A stretch of DNA of 63,837 nt, the filler included, from Olpidium bornovanus S191 (Eukaryota; Fungi; Olpidiomycota): NCBI GenBank assembly GCA_017911155.1. It is 33 parts of 33 records of this genome, joined end to end, with 100 filler letters (N's around TTAATTAATTAA, not from the genome) between each part and the next. Parts side by side here need not be neighbours in the genome. Positions count along the whole stretch, not along the records: positions 60,568 to 62,566 come from JAEFCI010003772.1; positions 62,667 to 63,837 come from JAEFCI010006796.1; 31 more parts are not named here. One strand, given 5' to 3'. The first letter of the stretch is position 1. Each line of letters opens with the position of its first letter. Positions 60,568 through 63,837 of the stretch are shown one piece after another. The notes under the pieces are model-generated. The model saw only the letters and a list, made by a program, of their open reading frames with translations, was not told the DNA's origin and ran no database searches. A program made the translations under genes and the position numbers.

Positions 60568-62566
60568 ACTGTGCTGGGAAGTCTTGGATTCTGCGCCGGT
60601 CGCTGCTTGTTCTGCTACTCTAACGCGTAGGTCGTCCCTGGACTCCGCGACCGAGGACAACGCGAACGCAGGGCGTAACCTGGCCATGTGGTTCAACGAA
60701 CTGGAGGGAGCACGGCCGCGCACTCAGCCGAGTTCACGCTGCGCCACCCCTCTTGCATCTCCTCGGCGGGAGTCGAACGCGTCCGCCAGCTCGTATTCGT
60801 TTCACGCCGCTTCGGACCACTTTCGGGAAAGCCGAGCTGGTAGCGTAGATTCTTCCGCCAGCGGTCTAGCTGTCCTCGCCATGGCCGAGGCCGTGCCACC
60901 GTCAGCTTCGTCGGGATGTTCCGTCTCGGTTTTGCCGCCAACGAAACGGCCTCTGCTGCCGCACGGCGCACCGGCAATAGTTTCCCCAAGATTGGCAACG
61001 GCTGAGGCATGGTTACCGCCCGAGAGTTGGTGGGTTCGGACGCCAACGGACGATGCGGAGCATGAGTCTGGTCGGAATTCAGACGATATCGAGGAGGCTA
61101 CGTGGGACGCCAGCTCCGACCGTAATACGGTACAGTCGGCGCGCTTATCTCTTGGGCTATCGGTAGTTTTGCTGCTGTGGTGCACAACGAGCTCACCCTG
61201 GCGCCCAACAGTACGTTCTTCGCATTTTCCGGCCGGACGATTCTTTTTCGACAATTTCATGCCAGGTGAACACGAAGGCGGCCGAGATTTGCGCCGTGCT
61301 CGCGAAGAAATTTTTTTTGCGGGACGTTTCGTTGTACCAGCTTAGCGTTCGGAAGAACGGCTTGGGTGCGTTCACTTCCGTTTCCGCGTTCGCGTTTAGA
61401 CCTGGGCCGCATCGGTTGACGTTTCGGCGTTGCTAGACCGGGTTTTGGCGGCCAATGAGAAACCTGTGCAGCTGATGCGCCGCTGGCTTGAGCAGCTAGG
61501 GCACAGGCAGCGTGACGGTCTGGAAGACCTGGGCAGGGAAGATCACAGTTACTTCTTCCGGTTTACGTTTGGAGAATCGATGGTCCCGAACCTGCCGCTC
61601 CTGGTACAGAAATTTTGAATGGCCGTTGGTTCAGGGAGATTTCGACAACGATCATTAACGCGGTCTTTGCAGGAGGCGAATGTGACCAGCCACGGTCGTT
61701 TCAGGCACGTTGATTTCCAAGCCAGAAATCTGCAGACGATCCCGATCGTCCTGTTTCGGAATGCGAGCCAAATCGATTCGCTTGATGTTTCGGAGAACCT
61801 GTTGATCGACATTCCTCTCGATTTTATCCAGTTGTGCACTTCCTTGCGCGAGCTGCGCATCTCCGGGTGCAACTTGGAAAAGGTTCCCAGTTCAATCCTG
61901 CACGCCGCAAATCTCAGGCACCTCGATCTCAGCCACAACAAGCTGAGAGATCTGAACCACGCTCACCTCGAAAACCTGTCCGTGTTGCAGAGCCTCCTGG
62001 TGGATCACAACGAACTGGAGTCCTTGCCGGACGGCTGGAGGCTGTTCAGCAGCCTGACGTCTCTCTCGGCCTCGAACAATGCGTTTGCTGCGTTCCCCGA
62101 GGTCATATGCCAGGTCTCGACGTTGCAGGAGCTGAACCTGAGTTTCAACAAGATATCTAGCATTCCGGCCGCGATCGGCGCGCTTCTGGATTTAAGACGA
62201 TTGCTGCTCATTGCAAACCACATTAGCGGTCCGCTTCCTGCGGAGCTGGCTTCGCTTAAGCACCTCGAGGAGCTGGACTTTCGCACCAACGCCGTCACGG
62301 ACATCGGCGTGATTGCAGACATTCCCTCGCTGGAGCTGCTTTTTGCTGACCGGAACAGCATTGCGGTCTTCGCACCGGTAGTCCTTGCCTCCGTGGCGCA
62401 ACTGTCTCTGAGCAAAAACGTTTTCACCAACTTTTCCCCCCTGGGCATGGCCCCATTGATGACGTACCTGAACCTGTCTGCGTCGAAGCTTGCCGACTTC
62501 TGCGGGAGCGTGCCGTGCCAATTGCCCGCATTGGAAGAACTCGTTCTAGACGACAATCACCTGGCG
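60568..62566 (+). CDS. CYR1: Fungal adenylate cyclase, internal fragment (Ras-association domain plus LRRs)
   Basis: YVLRIFRPDDSFSTISC..LAKKFF | DRVLAANEKPV..WLEQLG..DLGREDHSYFFRFTF | HVDFQARNLQTIPIVLF..LDVSENLLIDIPLDFIQ followed by many LRRs. Confidence 0.95.
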
Positions 62567-62666
62567 NNNNNNNNNNNNNNNNNNNNNNNNNNNNNNNNNN
62601 NNNNNNNNNNTTAATTAATTAANNNNNNNNNNNNNNNNNNNNNNNNNNNNNNNNNNNNNNNNNNNN

Positions 62667-63837
62667 CATGCCGACCTGCGCGCTCGGCGGCTCGGTCAGG
62701 GAGCTGACGGCCGCCGACTTCGACAAGTTCGTCAACGGTTCTCTGCCGGCCCTCGTCGACTTCTACACCCCGCGCTGCGACCACTGCGAGAGGGTAAGGG
62801 AGGGCGGACACCGGGGTGAAAGGGGGGCGGGGCCCGTTTTTTGTCTCTCTCTTCTCTTTATTTTTCTGTTACCCTCCGCGTCGTGTCATTAAATCCCAGC
62901 GTCCTCCCTGGGGCGCGGTCGGGCTGAAAGCTCGCGCCGGAGTACGAGCGGCTCGCCGACGCGTTCGCGCGCGCGGCGGGCGAGGTGGTGATCGCCCGGG
63001 TCGACGGGGAAAAGTTCGCCGCCCTTCGGAGCCGCTTCGGCGCGGCCGACCCGGCGACCATCAAGTGGTTTCCCGGGGGCGCCGCCGCGCCCACCGGCGC
63101 CCGCCGGCCGGAAGATTACGCGGGACGCCGCGAGCTGCGTGACCTCGTCAACTACGTGGAATCTAAGACCGGTGATTACCGTCGTTTGTTTTATTTGTTG
63201 TTTTTTTGTTGTTGTTGTTTCTTTGGTTGGGAGGGAGCGGGGGGGAGGGGGAGGGGATGCGATGCGAACCTGAGGTGACGAGGAGATTTTTTTTCTTTCG
63301 AGGTTTTTCCGGGCTTACGTGATGCGCGGCGCATGGCTTCACGCGCCTCGTCGTGTTTCTGGCATCGCTTTCGACGCTCTCCAGGCATCAGGGCGGAGAA
63401 AGGCTCGAATTCCGACAAAAGCCGGGGCGGCGGCGTGGGCAACGCCGCGGGGCGGCTCGCCGCTCTCGACAGCATCGCGCGGGAGTTCGCGCGCGAAACC
63501 AGCAGGGAACGCCGCGGCGAGATTTACGACCAGGCGAAGGAGCTCGCCGACGGCTGGGTGCTGCTGGCGGAAAGCGCCGCCGCGCTCCGCGGCGTCGGCG
63601 GCGAGGAAGGAACCGCCGGGGGGAAGTCGGAGGACGGGGAAGAGGAGGAGGGCCGCGGCGCGGAGAAAGCCCCCGGCGCCGTCCGCGCCGCTGCAAACAA
63701 GGTCACAGGCGCGGCAAGCGGCGCCGCCGGAGCCGTCGCCGGGAAAGCCGCGGACGCAAAAGCCGCCCTCGCGTCGGGCGCGACGAAGGCCGCCCGCGCA
63801 GCCGCCGAAGACGTCCGCGCCTCCGCCGACAAGGTCA
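62667..63837 (+). CDS. PDI-family protein (one thioredoxin domain, ERp29_C-like region, Ala-rich tail), partial
   Basis: VRELTAADFDKFV..ALVDFYTPRCDHCER|LAPEYERLADAF..VVIARVDG..TIKWFP..DYAGRREL..LVNYVESKT|G..AGRLAALDSIAREF; exons end 62793, 62931-63171, start 63385. Confidence 0.85.

Overview
This window is not one continuous locus. It is 33 short, unrelated assembly contigs (about 1-4 kb each) joined by an artificial 100-bp linker (N44-TTAATTAATTAA-N44), so nothing can be inferred from adjacency across a linker and most genes are partial. The DNA is a GC-rich, intron-rich eukaryotic nuclear genome. Fungal-type genes (Ras-association/LRR adenylate cyclase CYR1, MTC4-like protein) occur alongside axonemal genes (DNAAF5/HEATR2, ODAD1/DC2) and ancestral genes absent from budding yeast (CRIB-containing WASP, Slo-type K+ channel, muskelin). 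This points to a zoosporic early-diverging fungus; an Olpidium-like organism is a guess. Housekeeping genes include mitochondrial IF2, an inositol 5-phosphatase, an F-box protein, NUP160, SDH8, TAN1, a CinA/MoCF-like protein, a PPR protein, an RWD/RNF14-like protein, a JmjC protein, TOA1, a CAMK-family kinase, thioredoxin, myosin II, hexokinase and a PDI-family protein. Degenerate copia and gypsy fragments and several satellites are also present. The most notable observations are: (1) a spliced MEDS-domain sensor, a domain described from prokaryotes, running into a histidine-kinase-like helix; (2) the terminal exon of an angiotensin-converting-enzyme-like (M2) peptidase; (3) recurrent 3' splice sites with poly-A tracts ending in AAG; (4) consecutive 15-nt and 7-nt micro-exons; (5) a perfect Taspase-1 consensus site in TFIIA; (6) a recurrent GTCACGTGAC box about 90-105 bp upstream of start codons; (7) CATG at 15 of the 64 internal contig ends. 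All protein identifications come from manual motif recognition; no database search was run.
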